Assembly (NCBI GenBank): GCA_937868875.1
Contig: CALMNP010000213.1
Location: 1 to 37,479 of the forward strand
Direction: 5' to 3'
DNA: 37,479 nucleotides
Source of the DNA: an uncultured Bacillota bacterium
GTDB taxonomy: Bacteria > Bacillota > Sulfobacillia > JAMDAP01
Shown here: positions 12,024-20,990 of the stretch, piece after piece
How positions within the stretch are numbered: position 1 is the stretch's first letter
Layout of the letters: each line of letters begins with the position of its first letter
The notes under the pieces: generated by a model
Told to the model about the DNA's origin: nothing
The model's database searches: none
What the model saw: only the letters and a program-made list of their open reading frames with translations
Position numbers and translations under genes: made by a program

Positions 12024-12085
12024 CCTACCCTACCCAAGTAGGTGTAGGCTAATTTCAGTATCCCACGGGGAGAACTCGATGTCAA
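12024..12085 (-). promoter_or_regulatory. Probable csoR promoter with operator-like inverted repeats
   Basis: TTGACA (12085-12080), 17-nt spacer, GATACT (12062-12057). TATCCC-ACG-GGGAGA at 12059-12073 and CCTACCCTAC-CCAA-GTAGGTGTAGG at 12024-12048. Confidence 0.55.
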
Positions 12086-12142
12086 CGCTGGTTCGGCGCC
12101 GGGAGCCTGAAGGGATCGATTCCTCCGCCTGTGGGTGGGGGA

Positions 12143-12775
12143 TCAGGTTCTGGAGGGTGCGGCGGCGTCGGAGGGGCCGGGAACAGAGTCGGCGCGGCGG
12201 GCTCGAACGGTCAGGGCCAGGCCGGCCGTGAGCGCCAGCAGCCACACCCAGGAGAAGGCCTTGACCTGGTTGATCAGCTCCGGGGCCTGCAGCCACGGGC
12301 TGGTCCCCTGGTAGTAGTCAAAGTACCACTGGGCCAGGATCCAGCCGGAGGCGATCCCCAGGTGGCTGAGCCGCAAACGGCGCACCGCCAGAAACAGGAA
12401 CCCCTCGAACCCGAGCCCCACGTGGGAGGCCAGCAGCATGAAGTTAGCCCAGTCAAAGGTCTGGTGGACGATGAAGTACTGCAGAATGACGACCACGGTC
12501 CAGACGCCGAAGTAGGCGGACGTGACGTAGGTCGCCGCCTCAAACCAGGGGCTGCGCCTTCCGGCCAGCCAGATACCCAGAGTCATGGTGAAGTACGTGC
12601 TGGCCAGGGGACAATCCGGCGTGAATAGCCAGTAATACCAGGGCGTCACGGCCAGCTGCTCACGGTACCAGTAGAAGCCGTAGACCGAGCCGGCCAGGTT
12701 GACCAGCAGCAGCGGCCACCACCAGCGCCGGGAACGAGGCACGTCCAGGAGCCAGGCGACCAGTCCCTTCACCAC
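12143..12775 (-). CDS. DUF1405 (YpjA-like) membrane protein
   Basis: VNLAGSVYGFYWYREQL..TP....LFTPDCP recalls the YpjA/DUF1405 N-terminus. Multi-TM. GTG start after GGAGG. Confidence 0.75.
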   Translation of the reverse strand: MVKGLVAWLLDVPRSRRWWWPLLLVNLAGSVYGFYWYREQLAVTPWYYWLFTPDCPLASTYFTMTLGIWLAGRRSPWFEAATYVTSAYFGVWTVVVILQYFIVHQTFDWANFMLLASHVGLGFEGFLFLAVRRLRLSHLGIASGWILAQWYFDYYQGTSPWLQAPELINQVKAFSWVWLLALTAGLALTVRARRADSVPGPSDAAAPSRT

Positions 12776-12821
12776 CGGAACCCTCCCCGCCTGTCGCACG
12801 TCTAGACCCGATAATCCGGCG

Positions 12822-13457
12822 CTACTTCGATGCCTGTTCCAGGAACGTCTTCATGCCGCGCTCGTCCAGGGCGCCCGGGTAAATGCCCGTGATGACGCCG
12901 TCCTTGTTCACAAAGACACTGGTGGGAAGCGCGCGGATCAGGTAGTTATTGGCGACCTCGCCGCTGGGGTCGTACGCCATGGGTAGGGCCAGTTTGTTGT
13001 CCTGGGCGAACTTCTTCATCATGTCCGGCGTTTCATTAAGGTCAGCGTCAACCAGAAGTACGTGGATCTGACCCTTCTGTGCCTGGTAGACCTTCTGGAT
13101 GTCCGGCATCTCCACCTTGCACCACTTGCACCAGGTGGCCCAGAAGTTGATGTACACCGGCTTGCCCCGCAGGTCGGAAAGCTTCACCTTCTTGCCGGTG
13201 GCGATGTCCGTGACCTCGAAGTCCGGCGCCAGGTAGCCTTTTTCCGGCCGTACTTCCAGGTTGGCGGGGGTAGCGCCCGCGCTGGCGCCGCTGCTGCCGC
13301 CTTCGACGGGAACGGGGCCGGCCTCGGGCGGGTTCGGCGAGCGCGTGCTCACCCGAGCCTGGTAGACGGTCCACGCCACCAGCACGGCGGCGGCGGCCAG
13401 CACGGCCAGGGTCAGCCATCTGTTGCGGCCCTGCTGGGAACGGTTCGTAGCGCTCAC
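12822..13457 (-). CDS. Membrane-anchored TlpA/ResA-family thiol-disulfide oxidoreductase (likely CcmG role)
   Basis: N-terminal TM, APDF, INFWATWCKWCKVEMP, ALPTSVFV. The GTG at 13457 fits the RBS better than the ATG at 13463. Confidence 0.9.
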   Translation of the reverse strand: MSATNRSQQGRNRWLTLAVLAAAAVLVAWTVYQARVSTRSPNPPEAGPVPVEGGSSGASAGATPANLEVRPEKGYLAPDFEVTDIATGKKVKLSDLRGKPVYINFWATWCKWCKVEMPDIQKVYQAQKGQIHVLLVDADLNETPDMMKKFAQDNKLALPMAYDPSGEVANNYLIRALPTSVFVNKDGVITGIYPGALDERGMKTFLEQASK

Positions 13458-13473
13458 GGGCATCCTCCTTCAC

Positions 13474-14181
13474 CTAGCCCCAGAATGCGTACCGGGCGAG
13501 GCTGTTAAACAGGCTGAAGTAGATCATCACGCCAACGCCCACCAGGAGCAGGCCGGATACGACCTTGATGGTGGGCAGGTACCGATAGAGCCGGCGCACC
13601 AGCCGCGGCGAGCGGCTGAGCACCAGGGCGGCGGCCAGGAAGGGCACGGCCAGACCGGCCGAATAGACGCCCAGCAGCACAATGCCCTGGCCCACCGTCG
13701 TCTGCGTGGAAGCCAGGACCAGGATGGAGGCGAGAATCGGCCCGATGCAGGGCGTCCAGCCGGCGGAAAAGGCCATACCCAGCAGGAACGAGTAGCCCAG
13801 GCCCGAGGCCCGTGGTCTCACGTCCATGCGGACCTCGCGCGACAAGAAGGAGAGGTTGATGATGCCGGCGGTGTTGAGCCCCAGGACGATGACCAGGATG
13901 CCGGCGATCTTCCCCACCAGCCGCTGGTTCTGGAGCAGGAAACGGCCAAGGGTGCTGGCCGCGGCTCCAAAGGCGACAAAAACAACGGAGAAGCCGAGGA
14001 CAAAGAGAAGGGCGTTGGCCATCAACCGGCTGCGGCCGGCCTTTTGGTCGGCCATCTGTTCCAGCGTGTGGCCGGCCAGATAGGTGAGGTAGGTGGGGAT
14101 CAGCGGCAGAACACAGGGCGACAGAAACGAGAGGAGCCCCGCGGCAAAGGCGACCGGCAGGGCTACAGTCTGAGGACCCAC
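13474..14181 (-). CDS. ccdA: Cytochrome c biogenesis protein CcdA
   Basis: AGLLSFLSPCVLPLIP and GWTPCIGPIL, about six TM helices, next to the TlpA gene. Confidence 0.93.
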   Translation of the reverse strand: MGPQTVALPVAFAAGLLSFLSPCVLPLIPTYLTYLAGHTLEQMADQKAGRSRLMANALLFVLGFSVVFVAFGAAASTLGRFLLQNQRLVGKIAGILVIVLGLNTAGIINLSFLSREVRMDVRPRASGLGYSFLLGMAFSAGWTPCIGPILASILVLASTQTTVGQGIVLLGVYSAGLAVPFLAAALVLSRSPRLVRRLYRYLPTIKVVSGLLLVGVGVMIYFSLFNSLARYAFWG

Positions 14182-14222
14182 AAACCCACCTCGCTTTCGT
14201 CCTTGAGAGCCGATCTGAGGCG

Positions 14223-14252
14223 ATTATACCACCGGGGGGTTCCCGGCGGCAA
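14223..14252 (-). promoter_or_regulatory. SigA promoter for ccdA-tlpA-DUF1405
   Basis: TTGCCG (14252-14247), 18-nt spacer, extended -10 TGgTATAAT (14231-14223). Confidence 0.7.
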
Positions 14253-14432
14253 CGCAAGCCTGCGGCGCGTCAGCAAGCCTCCAAAAGCCCGTCGCGTTTT
14301 GAACTCCCGGTTCGAATAAACCAGGTGACGACAAGGATCTGGGCCTATGGGAACGGGGGTATCCCTGTCCGTCGGGGCGGCGGACTCCCCCAGCACAGGA
14401 CGTTCCGCTGACGCGAAGAGATGCAAGAGGAC

Positions 14433-14465
14433 TTATCAACAAGGTTATCCCCAGGCTGTGCACAT
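14433..14465. promoter_or_regulatory. Cluster of three DnaA-box-like 9-mers
   Basis: TTATCAACA (14433-14441), TTATCCCCA (14445-14453) and inverted TGTGCACAT (14457-14465), each 3 nt apart. Confidence 0.5.
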
Positions 14466-14560
14466 CCGAAGGCTTGTTTGGCTTACAGAATGTGGCTCCG
14501 GTCAACCGCAGGCAGAACGGTTCGGGGCCTGCCGCCGCAGGCCTTGGCGGCGGCGCCCCA

Positions 14561-14589
14561 GCAGGAAACAGGCTCGTACAGGCGGAAAT
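14561..14589 (+). promoter_or_regulatory. SigH-like promoter upstream of moxR
   Basis: GCAGGAAA-N13-GCGGAAAT, the same layout as the motifs upstream of addB and the PilZ gene. Confidence 0.4.
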
Positions 14590-14623
14590 GCGAGGAAAAG
14601 GCCAGCAACGAGGAGGCGGCGGC

Positions 14624-15574
14624 ATGACTCAGGTGCGCGAACTGGCAACGGCCGTGGAGCAGAACATTCAGCAGGTGATGGTGGGCAAGCGCCGCGAGAT
14701 TCAGTATGTGCTGGTGGCGCTGCTGGCCGGCGGACACGTTCTTGTGGAGGATGTTCCCGGCGTTGGCAAGACCACGCTGGTGAGGGCCCTGGCTCGTTCG
14801 CTGGGCTGCCAATTCCGCCGCATTCAGTTCACCCCGGACCTGCTGCCATCCGACGTCACCGGGGTCTCCGTTTTCAACCAGGGCACCGGCCAGTTTGAGT
14901 TCCGGCCGGGCCCCATCTTCGGTCAGGTGGTACTGGCGGACGAGATCAACAGGACCTCGCCCAAGACGCAATCCGCCCTGCTGGAAAGCATGGAGGAAGG
15001 CCAGGTGACCGTGGACGGCGTCACCCACCCGCTGCCGCGCCCCTTCCTGGTCCTGGCCACACAGAACCCCATTGAGTACGAGGGAACCTTCCCCCTGCCG
15101 GAGGCCCAACTGGACCGCTTCCTGCTGCGGCTGCAGATCGGCTACCCGCGTCCGGAGGAGGAGCGCCTGATCGTGGAGCGCTCGCGGCAGTTGCCGTTGG
15201 AGAGGCTGCAGCCCGTGGCTCAGTCGGAGGGCGTCCTGCAGGCGCAGGCCGAGGTGGCCGAAGTATTCGTGGAACCCTCGGTGCAGGACTACATTGTGCG
15301 ACTGGTCCAGCGCACACGCCAGCATCCGGACGTCTATCTGGGTGCGAGCCCGCGCGGCTCCATCGCCCTCTCCCGGTCCGCTCAGGCCCTGGCCTTGATC
15401 CGCGGGCGCAATTACGTCGCCCCGGACGACGTCAAGGAGCTGGCGCCTGTAACCCTGGCGCACCGCCTCATCCTCAAGCCCGAATCGCGGTTTTACGGCG
15501 GAACGCCGGAGAAAGTGCTGGCCGACGTTCTGTCCCAGGTGCCCGTCCCGGTGGAGACGGCCCATGCGCGGTAG
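14624..15574 (+). CDS. MoxR-family AAA+ ATPase (YeaC-like)
   Basis: EDVPGVGKT, RIQFTPDLLPSDVTG, LADEINR, ATQNPIEYEGTFPLPEAQLDRF, GASPR. ATG at 14624 after AGGAGG. Confidence 0.95.
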   Translation: MTQVRELATAVEQNIQQVMVGKRREIQYVLVALLAGGHVLVEDVPGVGKTTLVRALARSLGCQFRRIQFTPDLLPSDVTGVSVFNQGTGQFEFRPGPIFGQVVLADEINRTSPKTQSALLESMEEGQVTVDGVTHPLPRPFLVLATQNPIEYEGTFPLPEAQLDRFLLRLQIGYPRPEEERLIVERSRQLPLERLQPVAQSEGVLQAQAEVAEVFVEPSVQDYIVRLVQRTRQHPDVYLGASPRGSIALSRSAQALALIRGRNYVAPDDVKELAPVTLAHRLILKPESRFYGGTPEKVLADVLSQVPVPVETAHAR

Positions 15575-16841
15575 GCTGCGGCACGAGCGGACGCAACCGT
15601 GGTCCGTCACCGGCGGCCGGGCTCCGGCCCGGCTCTCCCGGCTCTCCCTGCGGGACTGGCACCTGCCCCTGCTGGCCGTGGGCGCCTTCATCTTCGCCCG
15701 GCTCAGCGGCGGGGCCCTGCCCTGGTTCCTGTTCTATGCCGTTACCGGACTCCTTCTCGTCTCCTGGCTCTGGACCCGCCACCTCCTGCGCAACCTGGCC
15801 TGCCGCTGGGACATCCCCTCCAACTCGCTCACGGTGGGGGAGACCTCTGAGGTGCGGCTTCGTCTCTACAACGAAAGCTGGCTGCCGGCCACCTGGCTGG
15901 AGGCGACCCACCAGGCGGCCCTGGGCGAGGGAAGCTCGTTGGCCGGCGCCGTGCCGTCCCTGGGCAGCCTGGTGCTGACCCTGCCCGTGACCGCGGCGCG
16001 GCGTGGCTTCTTCCCCGCCGGCAGGCTCGACGTCGCTCTGGGAGACCCCCTGGGGGTCTTCACCGCACGCCGCCTGCTGGTCTCCGACCGGCACCTGACG
16101 GTGTATCCCCGCGCCCTGAGGGTCGGCCGCCTGCCCCTGGCCCTGCGCCAGCCCTACGGGCATACGCGGACGCACAGGCACGCCCAGGAGGACCTCACCA
16201 GCGTCGCCGAGGTGCGGCCCTTCCGCACCGGCGACAGCCCACGTCGCATCCACTGGAAGGCCACGGCCCACCGGGGAGAACTGCAGGTGCGCGAGTACGA
16301 ACTGGCGGCCACCACCGAGGTCCACCTGATACTCGACCTGTACGGCCGGGGGCATCACGGGGACGGTCCGGACTCCAGCCTGGAACGGTCGGTGGAGGTC
16401 ACAGCCTCCCTGGCCAGGACCATCCTGGAGCAGGGACTGGCCGTCGGCGTGGTGGGCCACGGCGCGAAACGCCTGACCGTGCCTCCCGGCCGCGGACTGC
16501 GGCAGCTGCGGCGCATTCTGGAATCGCTGGTGGCGGTGCAGGCCGATGGCGTGCTGCCCCTGGCCCATGCCCTTGCCGGCGAGAGCCGGTCCTTCTCACC
16601 CCGCTCCACGGTCATCGTGGTCACGGCGGCCCTGGGCCGGGACCTGGTGGCGTCTCTGCTCACCCTCCGCGGCGAGGGGCACGGGCTTTTGGTCGCAGCC
16701 GTGCGCCCGGGCGGTCCGGCGGAGGATGAGTGGGCGGCCGCCCTTGGAGCGCTCCAGGCGGAATCCATCCCCACCCTGGTGGTGCACGAGGCCGCGGACC
16801 TGGTACCCCATCCCTTGTCGCCGGCGGGGGTGAGGGTATGA
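15564..16841 (+). CDS. DUF58 domain protein (YeaD-like)
   Basis: N-terminal TM, RRG...DPLG, LTVYP, VRPFRTGDSPRRIHWKATAHRGELQVREYE. Follows moxR. Confidence 0.9.
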   Translation: MRGRLRHERTQPWSVTGGRAPARLSRLSLRDWHLPLLAVGAFIFARLSGGALPWFLFYAVTGLLLVSWLWTRHLLRNLACRWDIPSNSLTVGETSEVRLRLYNESWLPATWLEATHQAALGEGSSLAGAVPSLGSLVLTLPVTAARRGFFPAGRLDVALGDPLGVFTARRLLVSDRHLTVYPRALRVGRLPLALRQPYGHTRTHRHAQEDLTSVAEVRPFRTGDSPRRIHWKATAHRGELQVREYELAATTEVHLILDLYGRGHHGDGPDSSLERSVEVTASLARTILEQGLAVGVVGHGAKRLTVPPGRGLRQLRRILESLVAVQADGVLPLAHALAGESRSFSPRSTVIVVTAALGRDLVASLLTLRGEGHGLLVAAVRPGGPAEDEWAAALGALQAESIPTLVVHEAADLVPHPLSPAGVRV

Positions 16842-19102
16842 GGCTGGAACTGGAGAGGCGACAGGGCCTTGCCCTGTCGGTCCTGGCGGCGGGGCTGTTC
16901 GCCGCGCTGACCTATTCCCTGGTGCTGGGTCTCACCCTGGCACCCTACGTCCGGTTCCTCGTCCCTCTGGCCTTCCTCACCACCCTGGCCGGCACGACCG
17001 CCGTCCGCCGGCCCTGGCCGGTGGTGACGGGGCTCGGGCTGCTGACCGTGCTGGCCACGGGTATGCTCGCCCTGCCCCAGGTGCGCCCCTGGCTGAACCT
17101 GGTCTGGGAGGGGTTCGACCTGCTCCTCACCTCCGCCGGTCAGGCCGGTCCACCGCCGCATCTGGCCGCCCTGGAAGCTCTGGCTGCAGGAATTGTATTC
17201 ATCCCCGGCGGCCTTCTGGCCGGCTGGGCGGCAGCCTGGCTGCTGTGGCGCCGCGGCACCGCCCTGCCGCTGCTGCTCCTCGGCGTGCTGGTGCTGGGGG
17301 CGCAGTGGCTTTGGTTCGTGGAGTCGGCGCACCCGGCCATGGTTGCCTACTGGCTCCTCTGGGTGATGATTGCGGCCCTGACGCAGACGGGCCTTCGCCG
17401 GGCCGCCTGGCGCCAGGCCGGCTCCCGCCTCTTCGAGCCCCCGGCGGGCCTGGTGTTGGCCGTGTCCCTGGCCCTGGCGGCAGCCCTCACCGTCATCGGA
17501 GTCGCTTTGCCCAACCGCTTTGAGCCGGTCAGCCTGGAGTCCGTGTCGCGGGCTGTGGTGAACGCACTGCCGAGCCTGGAAGGCCTGCGCGGCGCGGCAG
17601 CGGGGTCGTCGCGCTTTCGGTTCAGCCTGACCCGCACCGGATTCGCCCGCAGCCAGGAGCGCCTCGGCGGACCGGTCCGAACCGACGACCGCGAGGCCCT
17701 GACCCTCCGCATCCTGGGGGACAGACTGCCGGCCACCCTCTACCTCCGGGGCTCCGTGGATTCGGAGTACACGGGCCAGGGCTGGCGGACGCCGGAAGAC
17801 GTGCAGGGCGAGAGCACCCGGGGCGACAGCACCAAGGTCATCCCAGGGGAACGGTTCGTCACCCTTCCCTCCACCCCGGCGCAGGTAACCCTCACCGTGC
17901 AGAACCTGCGCACCAACACCATCTTCGCTCCCACCGGTCTGCACCGGCTCTCGGTGCCGGGCGGCTCCTACCTGCGGGACTCCCTCGGCAACCTCACGGC
18001 GGAGCGTCCCCTGGGCCGGGAGGAAACCTACCAGGAGCAGGTGGAGGTGGCCTGGGACAACGCCGGCCTGCTGGCCAGGACCGACCGGGTGGAGCCCACC
18101 AACCGGGACCTGGCGCCCTTCCTCCGCCTGCCTCCCGCCCTGCCGCCCCGCGTGGGCGGCCTGGCGCAGGAAGTGACCAGGGGGGCGACCAACCCCTACA
18201 ACCAGGCCCTGATGGTGGAGGATTATCTGCGCGGTCTCCCCTACAGCCTGGACGTCCCGGCGCCGCCGGCCGGCCGTGACTTCGCTGACTACTTCCTGTT
18301 TGACCTGCAGCGCGGCTACTGCACCTACTCGTCCACCGCCATGGCGGTCATGCTGCGCACCCTGGGCATCCCGTCACGCTGGGTGCAGGGTTTCGCCGTG
18401 CCCCTGGACAGCGGCTCGGGAACCTACGCCGCCCGCAACAGTCAGGCGCACGCCTGGGTGGAGGCCTACTTCTCCGGGTACGGCTGGGTGGCTTTCGATC
18501 CCACCCCACGTTTCACACCGCCAGCGCGCACTCAGCCGGCGCCGGTGGAAGAGGCGACGGGCACAGGCAACGGGGCGACCGGCTCCACCGGGACGGGAGG
18601 ACCCGGCCGCAACCGCGGCCTGGATGAGGAGGCACTGCCGCCGGGGAGCCAGGTCCAGGCCCAGATTCCCGTGTCCCATGAGGGTTTCCGGCCCTGGACT
18701 CTGCTTGCGGCCGCATTCAAAGTGACCTCGGTCCTGGCTCTGCTGGCTGGTCTGGGCCTGGTGGTCCTCCGCTGGTGGCGGGAGCGTCTGCCTGCCGGCA
18801 ACGGCAAGGCGCGGCTGCGCGCCTTCTTCCGGAACCTGGAGGGACTGCTCAGCCGTTTCGACCACGGGCGTAGGCAGGACCAGACTCCCGAGGAGTGGCT
18901 TCGCGCCCTGGGCTACCGCTGGCCCGACCTGAAGGGCGACATGCAGGCCCTCTCGCTGGCCTACCAGGACACGCGCTATGGCCTGCGGACGCCGGCGGCC
19001 GAAGCCCTGAACGGCGCCGACCGCCTCTGGGCGGCATTGCGCCGCCGCCTGCTGGCAGAGACTTCCTGGGCGGGGTACCTGTGGCGACGGTTCAGGCCGT
19101 GA
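16838..19102 (+). CDS. Membrane-bound transglutaminase-like protein (YebA/TgpA-like)
   Basis: N-terminal multi-TM region. Cys-His-Asp triad in RGYCTYSSTAMAVMLRTLGIPSR...AHAWVE...GWVAFDPT. C-terminal TM plus a QTPEE domain. ATGA overlap with the DUF58 stop. Confidence 0.92.
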   Translation: MRLELERRQGLALSVLAAGLFAALTYSLVLGLTLAPYVRFLVPLAFLTTLAGTTAVRRPWPVVTGLGLLTVLATGMLALPQVRPWLNLVWEGFDLLLTSAGQAGPPPHLAALEALAAGIVFIPGGLLAGWAAAWLLWRRGTALPLLLLGVLVLGAQWLWFVESAHPAMVAYWLLWVMIAALTQTGLRRAAWRQAGSRLFEPPAGLVLAVSLALAAALTVIGVALPNRFEPVSLESVSRAVVNALPSLEGLRGAAAGSSRFRFSLTRTGFARSQERLGGPVRTDDREALTLRILGDRLPATLYLRGSVDSEYTGQGWRTPEDVQGESTRGDSTKVIPGERFVTLPSTPAQVTLTVQNLRTNTIFAPTGLHRLSVPGGSYLRDSLGNLTAERPLGREETYQEQVEVAWDNAGLLARTDRVEPTNRDLAPFLRLPPALPPRVGGLAQEVTRGATNPYNQALMVEDYLRGLPYSLDVPAPPAGRDFADYFLFDLQRGYCTYSSTAMAVMLRTLGIPSRWVQGFAVPLDSGSGTYAARNSQAHAWVEAYFSGYGWVAFDPTPRFTPPARTQPAPVEEATGTGNGATGSTGTGGPGRNRGLDEEALPPGSQVQAQIPVSHEGFRPWTLLAAAFKVTSVLALLAGLGLVVLRWWRERLPAGNGKARLRAFFRNLEGLLSRFDHGRRQDQTPEEWLRALGYRWPDLKGDMQALSLAYQDTRYGLRTPAAEALNGADRLWAALRRRLLAETSWAGYLWRRFRP

Positions 19103-19131
19103 GGCGAACCGTTGCTTGAGGGAGAAACGGA

Positions 19132-19164
19132 GAAGGCAGGCAGCCGATCGGCTGCCCGCCCTTC
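19132..19164. terminator. Hairpin between convergent genes (possible bidirectional terminator)
   Basis: Perfect 18-bp palindrome GGCAGCCGATCGGCTGCC (19139-19156) with outer GAAGG/CCTTC arms. No clear U-tract. Confidence 0.5.
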
Positions 19165-19165
19165 A

Positions 19166-19948
19166 TCACTCGCCACCGCCCGCGGCGTCCGTGTCCTCGG
19201 CCGCCTCTTGCTCCCGGCGCCGGTCCATGCTCCGACGCACCAGGCGCGACACCACAATGCTGCTCTCAAACAGGCCGTACAGGGGAAGGGCCACCAGGCT
19301 CTGCGTGATGATGTCCGGCGAGGGCGTGATTACGGCAGCCACCACGAAGGCGAGCAGCACCGCATACTTGCGCATCCGCCGCAGGAAGCGCGGCGTGACC
19401 AGCCCCAGACGGGTCAGCAGGGCCACTACCAGAGGCAGCTCGAAGACAAGGCCGAAGGGCATGATGAAGCCCGTCACAAAGCTGATGAGGTTGTTCACTG
19501 ACACCAGGGTCTGGGCCTGGCCGCGGGTGAAGCCGACCAGGAACCCGACGGCGGCGGGCAGGAACAGCAGGTAGGCCATGACCGTGCCGGCCACGAACAG
19601 CAGCACGGCCGCCGGCAGGTAGGTCCAGATGTAGCGGCGCTCCCGCGGCGTGAGGCCGGGCATGATGAAGGCCAGGATGTGGTAGCCGAGGACCGGTGAC
19701 GCCACCACGATGCCGATGTAGGCGGCCAGCCTGAACTGGATGAGGAAGCCCTCGGTGATGCCCAGGAAGGCGATGTTGCCGCCGGCCTTTTGGATGGGAC
19801 CGATTACGGGCGCCAGCAGGACAGTAAAGAGGCGCGGCGCATAGGCGAAGGAGACGCCGATGGTCACCACCAGCGTCAGGGCCGACCAGATGAGCCGGCG
19901 ACGCAGTTCCTCCAGGTGTTCGGTGATGGTCATGCGGTCCCTGGCCAT
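19166..19948 (-). CDS. tatC: Twin-arginine translocase subunit TatC
   Basis: MTITEHLEELRRRL, FIMPGLTPRER, FGLVFELP, AAVITPSPD, LYGLFE. Confidence 0.95.
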   Translation of the reverse strand: MARDRMTITEHLEELRRRLIWSALTLVVTIGVSFAYAPRLFTVLLAPVIGPIQKAGGNIAFLGITEGFLIQFRLAAYIGIVVASPVLGYHILAFIMPGLTPRERRYIWTYLPAAVLLFVAGTVMAYLLFLPAAVGFLVGFTRGQAQTLVSVNNLISFVTGFIMPFGLVFELPLVVALLTRLGLVTPRFLRRMRKYAVLLAFVVAAVITPSPDIITQSLVALPLYGLFESSIVVSRLVRRSMDRRREQEAAEDTDAAGGGE

Positions 19949-19966
19949 GGGCATCTCCTTCTCGTA

Positions 19967-20971
19967 TCAGGCCTGGCGCGGCAGCAGTCCGCCGACGCCC
20001 AGGCGCGTAAAGTCGGAGCGTTCCAGCCGCTCGCCGGCCAGCACGCGGGGTAAGACCAGGTCGAACACCGTGGCCTTCTCGTAAATGACTGCCCCCGGCA
20101 GGCCCATGACGGGAATGTCCCGGCCGCCTTCGGCGGGCAGATAGCCGAACAGGAACATGGAGCCGGGCAGGACCGGCGTGCCGTGGGTGATGACCGTGGC
20201 CCCGGCGCGGCGAATGGCTCCCGGCGTCCGGTCGTCGGGGTCCACGGACATGCCGCCGGTGACCAGAATCAGCTCGGCTCCCTGGCGGGCGAAGTCCAGG
20301 ATGGCCGCCCTGGTTTGATCCGGGTCGTCGGAGACGAAGGTCTGCGCCAGGATGGGGGCGCCGAAAGGCTCCAGCTTCTGCCGCAGCGCCGGGCCGAAGG
20401 CATCCGGGATGCGCCCCTTGTAGACCTCGCTGCCGGTGGAGACGATGCCGGTCCGAAGCGGTCGGAAGGGCAGAACCTGCACGGCTCGGGGCCCCCCGGC
20501 GCAGAGCGCCTCAGCCTCGGCCACGGTGGACTCCGGCACCAGCAGGGGGACCACTCGGGTCGCCGCCACGACCTCGCCACGCTGAACGGGCACCCGGTCG
20601 GGCCGGGTGGAGACCACCACGTACTCGATCTGGTTGAGCCGGTGGACGAGTTCCGTCTCCAGGGCAAGCAGCCCGTGGTGGGCCGCGGTCAGGTTGACCC
20701 GGCCCTCGGCCGGCGGCGTGAACTCGCACCCCGGGCCGCCGATGGCCTGACTCAGCCGGATGGCGGCGTCTTCCTCGTGAACCTCATCCGGGCCGATGTC
20801 CAGGACATAGACGTGCTCCTTGCCGCAGTTCAACAGCTCCGGCACGTCCTCCCTGCGGATGACGTGGCCTCGCCTGAACAGAACGCCCTTGGAGACCCCC
20901 GGAACAATGCGGGTAATGTCGTGGGCCAGAGCCAGCCCCACGGCCTCTTCCGTCAGCACTTCGCGGAGCAA
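19967..20971 (-). CDS. MoeA-like molybdopterin-binding protein
   Basis: LAHDITRIVPG..KG, STGSEVYKGRI.D, TGGMSVDPDD.TP, PVLPGSM, GLPG. TTG start after GGGAGG. Confidence 0.85.
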   Translation of the reverse strand: MLREVLTEEAVGLALAHDITRIVPGVSKGVLFRRGHVIRREDVPELLNCGKEHVYVLDIGPDEVHEEDAAIRLSQAIGGPGCEFTPPAEGRVNLTAAHHGLLALETELVHRLNQIEYVVVSTRPDRVPVQRGEVVAATRVVPLLVPESTVAEAEALCAGGPRAVQVLPFRPLRTGIVSTGSEVYKGRIPDAFGPALRQKLEPFGAPILAQTFVSDDPDQTRAAILDFARQGAELILVTGGMSVDPDDRTPGAIRRAGATVITHGTPVLPGSMFLFGYLPAEGGRDIPVMGLPGAVIYEKATVFDLVLPRVLAGERLERSDFTRLGVGGLLPRQA

Positions 20972-20990
20972 TCAACCCGCCTCCCACGCC

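Noticed and set aside
14182-14623. Possible oriC or small gene in the 440-bp intergenic region
   Set aside because: Only three imperfect boxes, no AT-rich unwinding element, and no dnaA/dnaN. The ORFs crossing it have no recognisable motif.
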